A stretch of DNA of 64,000 nt, taken from positions 416,001-480,000 of the forward strand of contig JBGANV010000004.1 of assembly GCA_044222185.1 (NCBI GenBank), in the 5' to 3' direction. The notes beneath the pieces are model-generated. The model was not told where the DNA came from. It made no database searches and worked only from the letters and a program-made list of their open reading frames with translations. Shown piece by piece: positions 1 to 9,807 of the stretch. The stretch comes from Planctomycetota bacterium. GTDB lineage: Bacteria; Planctomycetota; GCA-002687715; CAIWVZ01. Each line of letters starts with the position of its first letter. Position 1 is the stretch's first letter. Both the position numbers and the translations under genes were made by a program.

Positions 1-2
1 AC

Positions 3-737
3 GCGGCGACGCTGCTCGATGCGTTGCTCGCGCGCTATCCCGACAACGCGCAGTTCTGGTTGCTTCAGGCACACACCTACATCGGGATGAAGCAGCCGAT
101 CAAGGCGGCGGAGAACCTGGAGGTCATCGATCGACTCGGGAAGTCGACGCCCGACAGCCTGCACACGCTCTCGGATCTGTACGTGAACGAAGGCCTGATG
201 GAGCGGGCATGCGACGCCACGACTCGGGCGATCAACGTCGACACGGCGCAGCCGATGGGACGGCCGCTTCGCTCGGCGGAGGTGCTCGCCGCACGTGGCG
301 CACTTGCGCCGGCGCGCGAGATCGTCGCGCACGTGCACACGGTGTGGGGCGGTCGAATGGAGGAAGGCGATCGGCGCAAGCTTCTGAAGCTCGAGGCGCG
401 ACTGAGCCTGGCGGAGGGGGCGAACACTGCTGAGACCGTGGCCGTGCTCGAGGAGATCGTGATGCTCGATCCGTTGGACGGAGAGGCCCTCATGCTCTTG
501 GGGCAGCACTACTCACGCCAGAACCAACCGGACCGGGCGATCCTGTACTACGAGCGGGCGGAGAGCCTCGAGGCATTCGAGGTCAACGCGAAGGTTCGCC
601 ATGCACAGGTGCTCGTGGCGCAGTCGCGGTTTCTCGACGCCATTCCGCTGTTGCGTCGAGCCCAGGAGCTGAAGCCGCGCGAGGACATCGCGCGCTACCT
701 GGAGCAGGTCGAGCGCGCTGCGAAGGCGAAACGCTGA
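3..737 (+). CDS. TPR-repeat protein (5' partial)
   Basis: Frame is open from the window edge; repeated TPR-like helices (e.g. DPLDGEALMLLGQHY, AILYYERA). Confidence 0.85.
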   Translation, partial: AATLLDALLARYPDNAQFWLLQAHTYIGMKQPIKAAENLEVIDRLGKSTPDSLHTLSDLYVNEGLMERACDATTRAINVDTAQPMGRPLRSAEVLAARGALAPAREIVAHVHTVWGGRMEEGDRRKLLKLEARLSLAEGANTAETVAVLEEIVMLDPLDGEALMLLGQHYSRQNQPDRAILYYERAESLEAFEVNAKVRHAQVLVAQSRFLDAIPLLRRAQELKPREDIARYLEQVERAAKAKR

Positions 738-753
738 GGCGAGACGGGGCTGA

Positions 754-1548
754 TCAGAGCGACAGATCGAGGCGGGACATCATGGGACCGCAGATTTCCG
801 TCACGGCGTCGGCGTCAGCGGAAGTCAGATCACGCCGCCAGCGGGCGATACTGCTCGCGGCGGTCGCGCTCGATCCGTGTGTGCGTATCGACGTGTTCGT
901 GGCGATCTCTCGATCGATCGCACCGTCCCATTCGAGTCCGAACCACTCGATGATGCCGCGCGCGGTCAGCGTCGGGTCCGTCACGAGCGCGTCGTAGCGG
1001 ACGACATGCGGGTCACGGATGCGGGGCAGCAGGAACTCGTACGTCTCGCGCCAGATTCTGGCGAGACTCGACACGGTGAGTGTGCGGAGTTGTTCCTCCC
1101 GGGGGCCGTTCCCCACGACGCGTTGCGCCATGATCCGATACGAAACGACCACATCTCGCGGGTCTCGCACGAGCAGGATGATGCGAATCGATGGAGCCCA
1201 TTGCGCTGCCATTCCCACCGCGACGTAGTCCGGCAACTTGTCACCGAAGTACCTGATGGATGGGCCGAAACGACCGGCGTAGTACTCCTCCATGATCGGG
1301 AGGAGGTGGGCCCGAAAGACGTTCCCGAGGAGCGGATGCGTATCGGCACTCACGACGCCGCGCACTCCTGTCCCTGCGTGGGTCTCTCCGTACGGGAGTG
1401 CCACGATCTGGTCGGCGAGGAGGAGCGCATCCAGGATGCGGGCCTCGTTCGTGATCCCGATCTGGGGGTGGGCGTTCAGGAGGTGAAAGAGATACGTCGA
1501 ACCGGACCGGCCTGAGCCGGTGATGAAGAACGGAGTCCTCACGATCAC
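754..1548 (-). CDS. Sulfotransferase family protein
   Basis: 5'-PAPS-binding loop FITGSGRSGST, GDKLP, and LVRDPRDVVVS; likely GTG start at 1548. Confidence 0.85.
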   Translation of the reverse strand: MIVRTPFFITGSGRSGSTYLFHLLNAHPQIGITNEARILDALLLADQIVALPYGETHAGTGVRGVVSADTHPLLGNVFRAHLLPIMEEYYAGRFGPSIRYFGDKLPDYVAVGMAAQWAPSIRIILLVRDPRDVVVSYRIMAQRVVGNGPREEQLRTLTVSSLARIWRETYEFLLPRIRDPHVVRYDALVTDPTLTARGIIEWFGLEWDGAIDREIATNTSIRTHGSSATAASSIARWRRDLTSADADAVTEICGPMMSRLDLSL

Positions 1549-1983
1549 ACGCTTCTTGTGATGGCGTCGAATTGGGCGGGGTGCGTCAACCCGATGCCGA
1601 GATGTCTCGACTCGCAAGTCTGCCAGCGTAGCGTTCTGCCGGTTGGGTGCCCGATGATATCTCCGGGACTCGGATTGCGAGGGGGTGACCCACCGCGGGA
1701 TGGCGACCGATTCGGCTCGCCGGTTACCCATGCAGGAATCTCGGTCGGGCACCTCCGCAGAAACCTCGCCGGTCCAACGGGCAGGCCTCGGTCCTGACGC
1801 CTGGAGCCTCTGCATCTCCGCACTGGCGTTCGACCGAGCGCATCGGTTGTTCTCGGTGGGTGCGAAAAACCACAGGTCGCGAGCGTCATCCTCTTGACGG
1901 AAATACCGCGGAGTGGGGTCGGGCGCGACGCACGCAGTCCAATCGGCTCCTCCGGATCAACTCCCGCGGCGTCGGAGGATGTG

Positions 1984-4488
1984 ATGGGCATGATGACGAT
2001 GGAGGCGATGGCGCACGATGAATCGGGCTCGAATGACTTGGGGGGTGGCGCGCGTGCGCCGCAGGTCTGCTTGAACCTCGTTCAGGGGTTGCCGGGCCAA
2101 CGGGTTCTGCAGGAGACGCTCGTCGCCGCCCGGACCGGGGACATTCACAACCGCGCGCTGTGCTTCTGGCTCGCGGAGATGGACGAACGTGGGTTGTCGG
2201 TCCTTGCCGGGTGTCCGACGACGGTGGATTTCGCACGGCGTCGTCTCGATCTCAGCCGTCGGCAGGCACGTGACCTCATTGCGACGGGGCGTGGGCTCAA
2301 TGAGCTCGAGCGGATCGACGAGGCATTCGCCACCGGGGCGATCTCGTGGTCCAAGACGCGGCTCATCGTTCGTGTGGCTGTTCCGGAAACGGAGATCGAG
2401 TGGCTCGCGCGCGCCATGGCGGTCTCCACGCGCGAGCTCGAGGCCGAGGTCGCAGCGTCAGAGCGAGGCCGCCGTCCACGGGAGGACCGTCTGGGATTGC
2501 CCACGATTCGCACGAGGATCTCGGTGCGCGTCGACCTGGTTCTGAACGAGATGTGGGAGCTGTGCCAACGGAAGGCTGCCGCCGAGTCCAGGGCCGAAGT
2601 GCTGCCGGATGACGTCCTCCGCCTGGTCTGCGAGACGTACCTGCGCGGCGGAGACTCTGCCGGCGGCAAGGATTCCGACCCGGCGGAGGGCAAACGGTCG
2701 AGAGATTCCCTCTTCCGCCTCGTCGTCAGGCGTTGTCCCGACTGCCGAGACGCGCACCTGCTCACGGACGACGGCCCCGCGCCCATCGACGCAAGAGCTG
2801 GCGACGCAATCTCCTGCGATGCGTCAGGTGTCAGTGAAGCGGCCCTGAGGGACTTGGACGAACCGCCCGTTTCAACGACGGCGTCGAATGCGCTGTCGGC
2901 GGTTGCAGTTCCGCTGGCGATCGACGACCCGACGCCGCGCTGGCTGCGTGACCGGGTCTTGGTTCGCGATGGCCTGCATTGCCTCCGGTGCCAGAGCCGG
3001 CAGGAACTGATGGTGCATCATGTGGCGCTCCGATCGCAGGGCGGCCGGACGTCACCTTCCAATTTGATCACGCTTTGTGCCCGGTGTCATGCCCTGGTGC
3101 ACGAAGGGTTGATGCGGGTCGAAGGGGAGGTCCCCGATGGCATTCGGTTCCTCGACCGCGATGGACGCGAGGTCGGAATGGGTGATGCCCTCCGAGAGCC
3201 CGACTGGCGGGTGTTTCGCGTGATGTCGGGTGGCCCGCCCGCCAGCCCGAAGGGCGGCGCACGTGCGCCTTGCGGCGACGACGCCGGAACGGCCGATCGC
3301 GCGCCACAGGCTGCGACCGGGTCTTCTAACGGTGTGGGGGAATCCGCCTCTGAGGTCGTCGGGGTTGGCTCCGCTCGCGATGAGTTGGCATTCGACACTC
3401 TGCCTGATCGTGTCGGTCCGGGTTGGTTCGACCGCCACGCGCATCTGCTGTCGTGGAACGAGAAGCGGCATGCGCTCGAGGTCACACCCGGGCGGGCGGC
3501 CGAGGTGGATCATGCAGATTCTCCGGGTGCCGCGGCACCCCCGACCTCGACGGCGGCCCAGCCCAACCTGTCCTTCGACGCCATCGTCGGGCAGGAGGAA
3601 ATCGTGGGACGGCTCCGGATCGCGGTCGCAGCGGCGACGATCGAGCGGCGTCCGGTGGCGCATGTTCTGTTCACCGGTGGGCCAGGTCTCGGCAAGTCGA
3701 CGTTCGCTCGGGCGCTCGCGGTTGAGGTCGGCACCGTCTGCCATGTCGGATCAGGAACGACCCTTCGTGATCCTCTGGCGCTGGTCGGACTTCTCGTGCG
3801 GATTCGCCCGAACGAGGTGCTCTTCATCGACGAGGTTCACGCCCTGCCGGCCCGCGTCGCAGAGACCCTGTACGAGGCGATGCAGGAACGTACGTTGACC
3901 ATGCCCGTCACGGATGGGGTTCGGACGCGAACGCTCGTGCTCGAGGTGGCACCCTTCACCCTCGTTGGTGCCACGACAGATCCCGAGAAGCTGCCGGCTC
4001 CATTCGTCAGCCGGTTCCCGATTCATGCGGAAGTCTCGGCGTACCCGGTAGCCGAACTGGCTCGGATCGTGACGGGTGCCGCGGCTCAGTCGGGGGTCGC
4101 GATCACCGCGGATGCCGCGGCCCTGCTGGCGGAGGCGGCTGGCGGCGCCCCGCGGCGCGTACTCGGCCATTGGTCGTTCGTGCGCGATTTTGCGCTGGCG
4201 GATTCCTGCGCTGTCGTCGACCGAGACCTCGTGCGGCGGGCATTCGACAAGGCCGGGCTGGATGGCCGTGGGCTTGGCCCGACTCACCGCGCGATCGTCG
4301 AGCGACTCCGAGCGCTTGGCCGGCCGGTCGGCGCCGCGCGCCTCGCCGCCATGATGGGCATTCCGCAGCGCGTGTTCCGCGAGGTATTCGAGGCGGATCT
4401 CCTCCGAAACAGCCTCATCGCCGCGACACCGGCAGGGCTCACCGCGACGGTCGCGGCGCAAGTGCGCCAGCCGGACGAGGACGAATAG
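1984..4488 (+). CDS. DUF222-like + HNH endonuclease + RuvB-like AAA+ ATPase fusion
   Basis: HNH motif CLRC..VHHV..GG..NLITLCARCH (~2980-3103); Walker A GGPGLGKS, Walker B LFIDEVH, FTLVGATT, SRF and GGAPR (~3565-4460); GGAGG upstream of ATG 1984; DUF222 assignment is by resemblance. Confidence 0.85.
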   Translation: MGMMTMEAMAHDESGSNDLGGGARAPQVCLNLVQGLPGQRVLQETLVAARTGDIHNRALCFWLAEMDERGLSVLAGCPTTVDFARRRLDLSRRQARDLIATGRGLNELERIDEAFATGAISWSKTRLIVRVAVPETEIEWLARAMAVSTRELEAEVAASERGRRPREDRLGLPTIRTRISVRVDLVLNEMWELCQRKAAAESRAEVLPDDVLRLVCETYLRGGDSAGGKDSDPAEGKRSRDSLFRLVVRRCPDCRDAHLLTDDGPAPIDARAGDAISCDASGVSEAALRDLDEPPVSTTASNALSAVAVPLAIDDPTPRWLRDRVLVRDGLHCLRCQSRQELMVHHVALRSQGGRTSPSNLITLCARCHALVHEGLMRVEGEVPDGIRFLDRDGREVGMGDALREPDWRVFRVMSGGPPASPKGGARAPCGDDAGTADRAPQAATGSSNGVGESASEVVGVGSARDELAFDTLPDRVGPGWFDRHAHLLSWNEKRHALEVTPGRAAEVDHADSPGAAAPPTSTAAQPNLSFDAIVGQEEIVGRLRIAVAAATIERRPVAHVLFTGGPGLGKSTFARALAVEVGTVCHVGSGTTLRDPLALVGLLVRIRPNEVLFIDEVHALPARVAETLYEAMQERTLTMPVTDGVRTRTLVLEVAPFTLVGATTDPEKLPAPFVSRFPIHAEVSAYPVAELARIVTGAAAQSGVAITADAAALLAEAAGGAPRRVLGHWSFVRDFALADSCAVVDRDLVRRAFDKAGLDGRGLGPTHRAIVERLRALGRPVGAARLAAMMGIPQRVFREVFEADLLRNSLIAATPAGLTATVAAQVRQPDEDE
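2047..2060. repeat. Near-perfect 14-bp palindrome GGCGCGCGTGCGCC
   Basis: One mismatch to the perfect copy at 3256-3269. Confidence 0.7.
3256..3269. repeat. Perfect 14-bp palindrome GGCGCACGTGCGCC
   Basis: Read directly; lies just downstream of the HNH domain. Confidence 0.75.
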
Positions 4489-4605
4489 GGTCAGCTGGGC
4501 GACTGGCGCGGCGGCGCCGGATCGGCCACGGGGGAGGTGTCTCCGCGATCGTTCTCACCGACCCGTGTCGTATGTTGCGGCTTCTGCGGAGTCATCTCAG
4601 TCGGC

Positions 4606-6394
4606 ATGAGCGACATTCCATCGACCCCCGGTTCGACCCAACTCGTCACCCCCGAGGCGCTTCTCGCGCACGCCCTGTTCGTGCGCAACGTCGCCCGGCG
4701 CCTCACGCGCGACCGCGCAGAAGCGGAGGATGTCGAGCAGCCGACGTAGTTGCGGCTCCTCGTGGGAGGGCAGCGGATGATCTCGAATCCTGTCGCTTGG
4801 CTCCAGCAGGTCGTGCGTGGGATGGCACACCGGCTGCGGCGTCGTGAGGGTCGGCGATCGACCCGCGAGTGGATGTCCACCCATCCCGAATCGCTCCCCG
4901 TCGCCAGGCCCATCGAGTTCGGCCGGTCCGACGTGCGCTTCGTGATGCGCCGCAAGACCGCGCGCGCGATTTTTCGTTACCAACGACGACGGCACCCCGC
5001 TGCGCAGCCGCGAAGCGTGCTGCATCCCGGATTCGGAACGCCGGCGCGGCCAGGTGGTCGCGTGGTTCGCCGTCAAGGCGCGCGCCGACGATCAGGCGGA
5101 CGGATCCTGTCGACTCCCCTCGGTCAGCCGCGGACCGGTGTTGATCGGGATCCGCACTCCGAACGGTACGTTCACTCTCGATCATTGGGACGTGCCCGAC
5201 GGCGGCGACGCGAGACACGAGATCCGCATGCCGCGCACGAAGGCGATCGAACTGCGCACCCGCACGCCGAACGGCTCACCCGTCGGAGGCGTGAGCGTCT
5301 CCGTCTGCCTTGCCGATGCCGAGTTCGTCGCGCGAGCCGACTCGGTCACGAACGACGTCTTCGCCACCGACTGGGCCGGCAGCGGCGGCAACGGCGGCGG
5401 CGGAGGCTCGGCCATGATCATGACTCGCGGCGAGACCGATGCCGCGGGAGTGATGACGGTTCAGCTCCCGATCTTGCGACCGCTCTGGTTCGAGGTCGGC
5501 GGCCGGACCGTCGCGGACCTGGTCGGACCGCAGACCGTCTCCTCGACGGTGGACCGCTTGGATCTCATCGTGAGCCTCGGCGCGACGATCGAGGGCACGC
5601 TCACACCGCCCGCGGCCCTGCAGAGGTTCGTCGCGGGGTTCTGCGGGGGTGGGCGGCGCCTCGCCGTGCGACTTCGCGCGTCGGAATCGGACCCGCGGTC
5701 GGTACCCGGGACACGCGCGCTGGACGAGGTTCCCGTGGACGACCTCGGGCGGTTCTCGATCGCGCACGTACCGGTGGGGACGTGGAGCCTCCAACTCGTC
5801 GTGCCGGGCGACATGGACGGTGAAGGATCGATGACGTCGTCCGTCGAGCCGCCCCTCGCGACGCTCACGCTCGCGGGCGACGAATCCGTTCAGCGGGCGT
5901 TCGACCTCACGCCCGTCGCTCCCGTGCGGATCCACGGCCGCGCGACGCTCGACGGCACGGCGCTTGGGGACGGCCTCGTCGTGTTCCGCGCGGCGCGAGT
6001 CGAACAGCGCTCGGGTGTGCCCGCGCGGCTCGCCGTGACCCGCGCGAATGGTGAGTTCACGGCCTTCGCGCTTCCAGGCGCGGTCGCAGCCGAGGGGCGC
6101 CGCGGCACCGAGCGCGCGGTCGGAGTCGCCTGGATTCCAGTCGCCGAGCCGCGTGACCTGCGCGCCGGCACCGACGTGGAGTGGAACCTGGACTTCACGT
6201 CGCCGCCAACCGGCAGGAAGTCGTGCGCAGGAAGTCGTGCGCAGGAAGTCGTGCGCAGGAAGTCGTGCGCCAAACGCGATCGCTCGCTTGGGGCCGAGCG
6301 ACGCGTCGCCTCGGCTCAACCCCGCCGACCCGCCTCTACTTCGCCACCACCCACCGCAGCATCTCGCGGAAACTTGCGGCCTTCCCTTGCATGA
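4606..6394 (+). pseudogene. Degraded ECF sigma factor with C-terminal carboxypeptidase-regulatory-like extension
   Basis: Region-2-like PEALLAHALFVRNVARRL..AEDVEQPT*LRLL..AWL with in-frame TAG at 4747-4749; region 4 missing; apparent frameshift in the T-run near 4970; beta-rich repeats follow. Confidence 0.65.
6213..6268. repeat. Tandem repeat (GCAGGAAGTCGTGC) x4
   Basis: Four exact 14-bp copies read directly. Confidence 0.97.
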
Positions 6395-7640
6395 GAATGC
6401 CCGTTCGGAAGATCTTGCCGGCGGCCCAGACGAAGAGGACGGTCGTAGCTGCGCAGATCACGAGCGACAGTGCCACCTGCCAAAGGGGTGGGGCGGGCTG
6501 AAGCGTGAGCCGCAACAGCATGAGCGTCGGTGCCGACAGTGGGAAAAGTGACGCGGCCACGGCGAACGCGCTGTCGGGACTCTTGATCACGGCAGTCCAG
6601 GCGAACATCGGCATGACGATGATGAGCATGGCGGGCGTCATCAGCGTCTGCGCATCCTTCAGCTCCGTGCACGCGGAACCGATGGCGATGAACATGGAGC
6701 CGAACAGGAACACGGCGAGCAGGAGATAGACGATGAACCACGCGAGCACGGAGGGCGGAACCGCATCGGCGTATCCGTGGTACGCGGCGAGGGCGTAACC
6801 ACCGCTCAGATACAACGCCGCGAGCAGGCCCGAGATGCCGACGCTCGAAACGAGCTTGCCCATCATCAACTGAAACGGCGTGACGGAGCCCAGCAAGACC
6901 TCGCTGATCCGGCTCATCTTCTCTTCGAGCACGCCGTTGAGGAGCTGCGGCGACGACGACATCACGATGAAGAACATCACGCCCATGAGGATCGCCGGGA
7001 TGATGAACGTGAGCACGACGTTCACCGCCTTCGCGGGCTCGATTTCGCCGGAGGGCGTTCGGGTGAGCAGCCCACGCTGATCCGCCTCGACCCGCGCCTC
7101 GAGCTTGGCGACGAGCAGGGGATCGGTGATGCCGGCCGCCGCATAGCGCGCCTCCTTGAGTGTCACGTTCGCGATCTGCTCGATCCAATGAAGGAGATCG
7201 CGATAGCTCGGCGTGTCCGAGTAGTAGACGATCTTCGGCTCGACGAGGCCCGTCTTCGGCGACGTCTCCTCGGAGAACTCCGCGAACGCGAAGAGCTTCC
7301 CGGCGCGGATTTCGTCCGAGAGTTCCAACCGCACGTCGTCCGGCGATTTCTCGCCGGGATCGACGACGCGTCCCTTGAACTTGGCGAGCTCGGGTTTGGC
7401 CATCTCGTCGATCTTCTTCGAACGCATCTGCGTCGCCATGAGGAGTGGCGCCGCGATCTTGCCCGTGCGATCGACCACCGCGAACTGGCGTTCGGTGACG
7501 TCCACGTGCTTCTCGGTGATCACCTGGACGACGATGGAGATCGTCGTCATCAGCGGCGCCATCAGGAGGCCGATGATGAACCCCTTGCTGCGAATCGCTG
7601 TGCCGAACTCGGATCTGGCGACGACGGCGATCTTGTTCAT
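6336..7640 (-). CDS. ABC-2 type exporter permease (NatB/YhaP-like)
   Basis: MNKIAVVARSEF start, EEKMSRISEVLL..LMMGK motif, multiple TM helices. Confidence 0.92.
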   Translation of the reverse strand: MNKIAVVARSEFGTAIRSKGFIIGLLMAPLMTTISIVVQVITEKHVDVTERQFAVVDRTGKIAAPLLMATQMRSKKIDEMAKPELAKFKGRVVDPGEKSPDDVRLELSDEIRAGKLFAFAEFSEETSPKTGLVEPKIVYYSDTPSYRDLLHWIEQIANVTLKEARYAAAGITDPLLVAKLEARVEADQRGLLTRTPSGEIEPAKAVNVVLTFIIPAILMGVMFFIVMSSSPQLLNGVLEEKMSRISEVLLGSVTPFQLMMGKLVSSVGISGLLAALYLSGGYALAAYHGYADAVPPSVLAWFIVYLLLAVFLFGSMFIAIGSACTELKDAQTLMTPAMLIIVMPMFAWTAVIKSPDSAFAVAASLFPLSAPTLMLLRLTLQPAPPLWQVALSLVICAATTVLFVWAAGKIFRTGILMQGKAASFREMLRWVVAK

Positions 7641-8542
7641 CGGACTTCCTCCGGCTGCGGGCGTGCGATGCGCACGAAGATGTCGTGGAGCGACGGGCGC
7701 GTGACCTCGAAATGGTGGACCTGCCCCGCAGCGATGAGGCGCTGAAGGAATTGCTGGGGATCGGAGGTGAGCCGCACTTCCTGCAACTGCCCGTAGTCGT
7801 TCACGGATTCCACTCCGGGGAAGCCGGTCAGTGCCGTGCCATCGAGCGCCGCCCGGATTCGCACGGTGTCGAGGCCGTAGCGCGCCTGGATGTCGTCGAG
7901 CGTGCCATCGAGCACCTTGTTGCCCTTGAAGATCATGAAGATGCGGTCGCACATCTTCTCCGCCATCGCCATGTCGTGAGTGCTGAACACGACCGTCGTT
8001 CCGCGGCGGCGCATCTCGATGATCGCGTCCCGCATGGCTTCCATGTTCACGGGATCGAGCCCCGAGAACGGCTCATCGAGGATCAGGAGCTTGGGCTCGC
8101 TGATCACCGTTCCGATGAACTGGATCTTCTGCGCCATGCCCTTCGAGAGCGCGTCGATCTTGTGGTCCGCCCATTTGGCGAGCCCCAGCGTATCGAGCCA
8201 GCCCTCGATCTTGCGGTCGAGGTCCGGCGGGTCGAACCCCTTCAAACGTGCGAAGTACCGCAGAAGGCGGCGGATCTTCATCTTCTTGTAGAGACCGCGC
8301 TCTTCGGGCAGGTAGCCGATCTGGTCGTGGGCCGCGCGCGTCCCGCGCTCGCCGCGCACGACGATCTCCCCGCGGTCGGGGAGGATGATGTGCATGATCA
8401 TCCGCAAGGTCGTCGATTTGCCGGAGCCGTTGGGCCCGATGAACCCGTACACCGACCCTTCGGGAACGGTCAGGCTCAAGTCGTTGACGGCGACGTGACC
8501 CTCGAAGGTCTTCGTGACGTTGGCCAGATGTATGGCGTCCAA
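7637..8542 (-). CDS. ABC transporter ATP-binding protein (NatA/YhaQ-like)
   Basis: GPNGSGKST, LSKGM, ILDEPFSGLD; TTG start at 8542 after AAGGAG. Confidence 0.93.
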   Translation of the reverse strand: MDAIHLANVTKTFEGHVAVNDLSLTVPEGSVYGFIGPNGSGKSTTLRMIMHIILPDRGEIVVRGERGTRAAHDQIGYLPEERGLYKKMKIRRLLRYFARLKGFDPPDLDRKIEGWLDTLGLAKWADHKIDALSKGMAQKIQFIGTVISEPKLLILDEPFSGLDPVNMEAMRDAIIEMRRRGTTVVFSTHDMAMAEKMCDRIFMIFKGNKVLDGTLDDIQARYGLDTVRIRAALDGTALTGFPGVESVNDYGQLQEVRLTSDPQQFLQRLIAAGQVHHFEVTRPSLHDIFVRIARPQPEEVR

Positions 8543-8704
8543 TCCGGTCTCCTTGGCGTTCAGCCGGTATCGATTCGAAACCGGCACGAGTCATTCGGGC
8601 GCGTGCGGCGCGTGTCCGGCACCTGCCCGTCGGCGATCTGGAGGCATGCGGCCCCGAGTGTTCGTGACTCGAAGCGCCGCACTCCTTCGCCGCGAAATTC
8701 CCGG

Positions 8705-9622
8705 TCAAACCTCGATCCGCATCAGGTCGTGCGCCATGAGCAGGTCCGGGAAGACTTCGCGTCCTTCGATCTCGAGCTGGGCCAGCGCGGGGCCATCGTA
8801 GCGGGTCGAGAAGTGCGTCGCGACGAACTTCCGCGCTCCCGCCTCCCGGGCGATCGTGGCCGCGTGGCGGATCGTCGAGTGCTTGCGCAAGATCGCCATC
8901 TCGAGCAGTTCGTCGCTGAACGTGGCCTCGTGGATCAAGAGGTCCACGTCTTCCGCGAGCTTGCGTGCGTTCACGCAGAACGCCGTGTCGGTCACGTAGG
9001 CCATCGACTTGCCCGGGCGCGGTTCGCCGATGAGCTGGTCGGGGTGGATCACCGTCCCGTCGTCGAGCGTGATCGTCTCGCCCCGTTGCAGGCGGCCGCG
9101 TTCGGGCCCGAATGGGACGCCGAGGGCATCGGCCTTCTCGGCGTCGAAGCGTCCGGGCCGATCCTTCTCCTGGAATCGGTACCCGAACGCCGGGATCGAA
9201 TGGTCGAGTGGCGTCGTCTGAACGTAGTACTCGTCGTTCTCGAGGATCACGCCCGAGTAGTTGGCCGGGATCTCGTGGATCTGCAAGTCGAATCCGAGCC
9301 GCGCGGGACGCGGGAACCCGACCACGAACTCGACGAACCGTTTGATTCCCTTGGGCCCCCAGATCTCGAGCGGCGTGTCCCGTTGCCCGAGGTTCATCGT
9401 CGAGATGAAACCGCCGAGGCCGAAGATGTGGTCGCCGTGGAGGTGGGTGATGAAGATGTGACCGAATTTCCGGCGCGGAAGGTCGGCCTTCATGAAACGA
9501 AACTGGGTTCCCTCACCGCAATCGAAGAGGAAGACCTCGCCGTTGCGCAAAAGGGCGGTCGCGCTGAGCCAGCGCCGCAGCGTCGGGGCTGCGCTGCTCG
9601 TTCCGAGAATCACGACTTCCAT
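8705..9622 (-). CDS. rnz: Ribonuclease Z
   Basis: LFDCGEGTQ, THLHGDH, exosite GVPFGP, DLLIHEATF, THFSTRY. Confidence 0.95.
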   Translation of the reverse strand: MEVVILGTSSAAPTLRRWLSATALLRNGEVFLFDCGEGTQFRFMKADLPRRKFGHIFITHLHGDHIFGLGGFISTMNLGQRDTPLEIWGPKGIKRFVEFVVGFPRPARLGFDLQIHEIPANYSGVILENDEYYVQTTPLDHSIPAFGYRFQEKDRPGRFDAEKADALGVPFGPERGRLQRGETITLDDGTVIHPDQLIGEPRPGKSMAYVTDTAFCVNARKLAEDVDLLIHEATFSDELLEMAILRKHSTIRHAATIAREAGARKFVATHFSTRYDGPALAQLEIEGREVFPDLLMAHDLMRIEV

Positions 9623-9807
9623 GGCGAGGACCGCCCGCAGGCGGGGTTGCATCATAGGACTGCGCCGCATGATCGAAAGGCGCGTGTGCCGGCTTTCGCT
9701 TCCCGGCGCCGCACGCGTGGCCTACAGTTCGGTCGGTGCTCCTTGGGACGTCCGTGCGTCGCGCCGCGATGCCACTCCTGAGTTCCCGTGTTTTCGAGGT
9801 CAAACGC

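Noticed and set aside
1984-4488. Intein-borne homing endonuclease in ruvB
   Set aside because: HNH lies N-terminal to an uninterrupted RuvB domain; no splice-junction motifs were seen
4747-4749. Pyrrolysine or amber readthrough in the ECF gene
   Set aside because: The position is normally Trp (TGG to TAG) and the gene has other lesions; pseudogenisation is the simpler explanation
6213-6268. Possible CRISPR array
   Set aside because: 14-bp units are directly adjacent with no spacers and no cas genes; it is a simple tandem repeat
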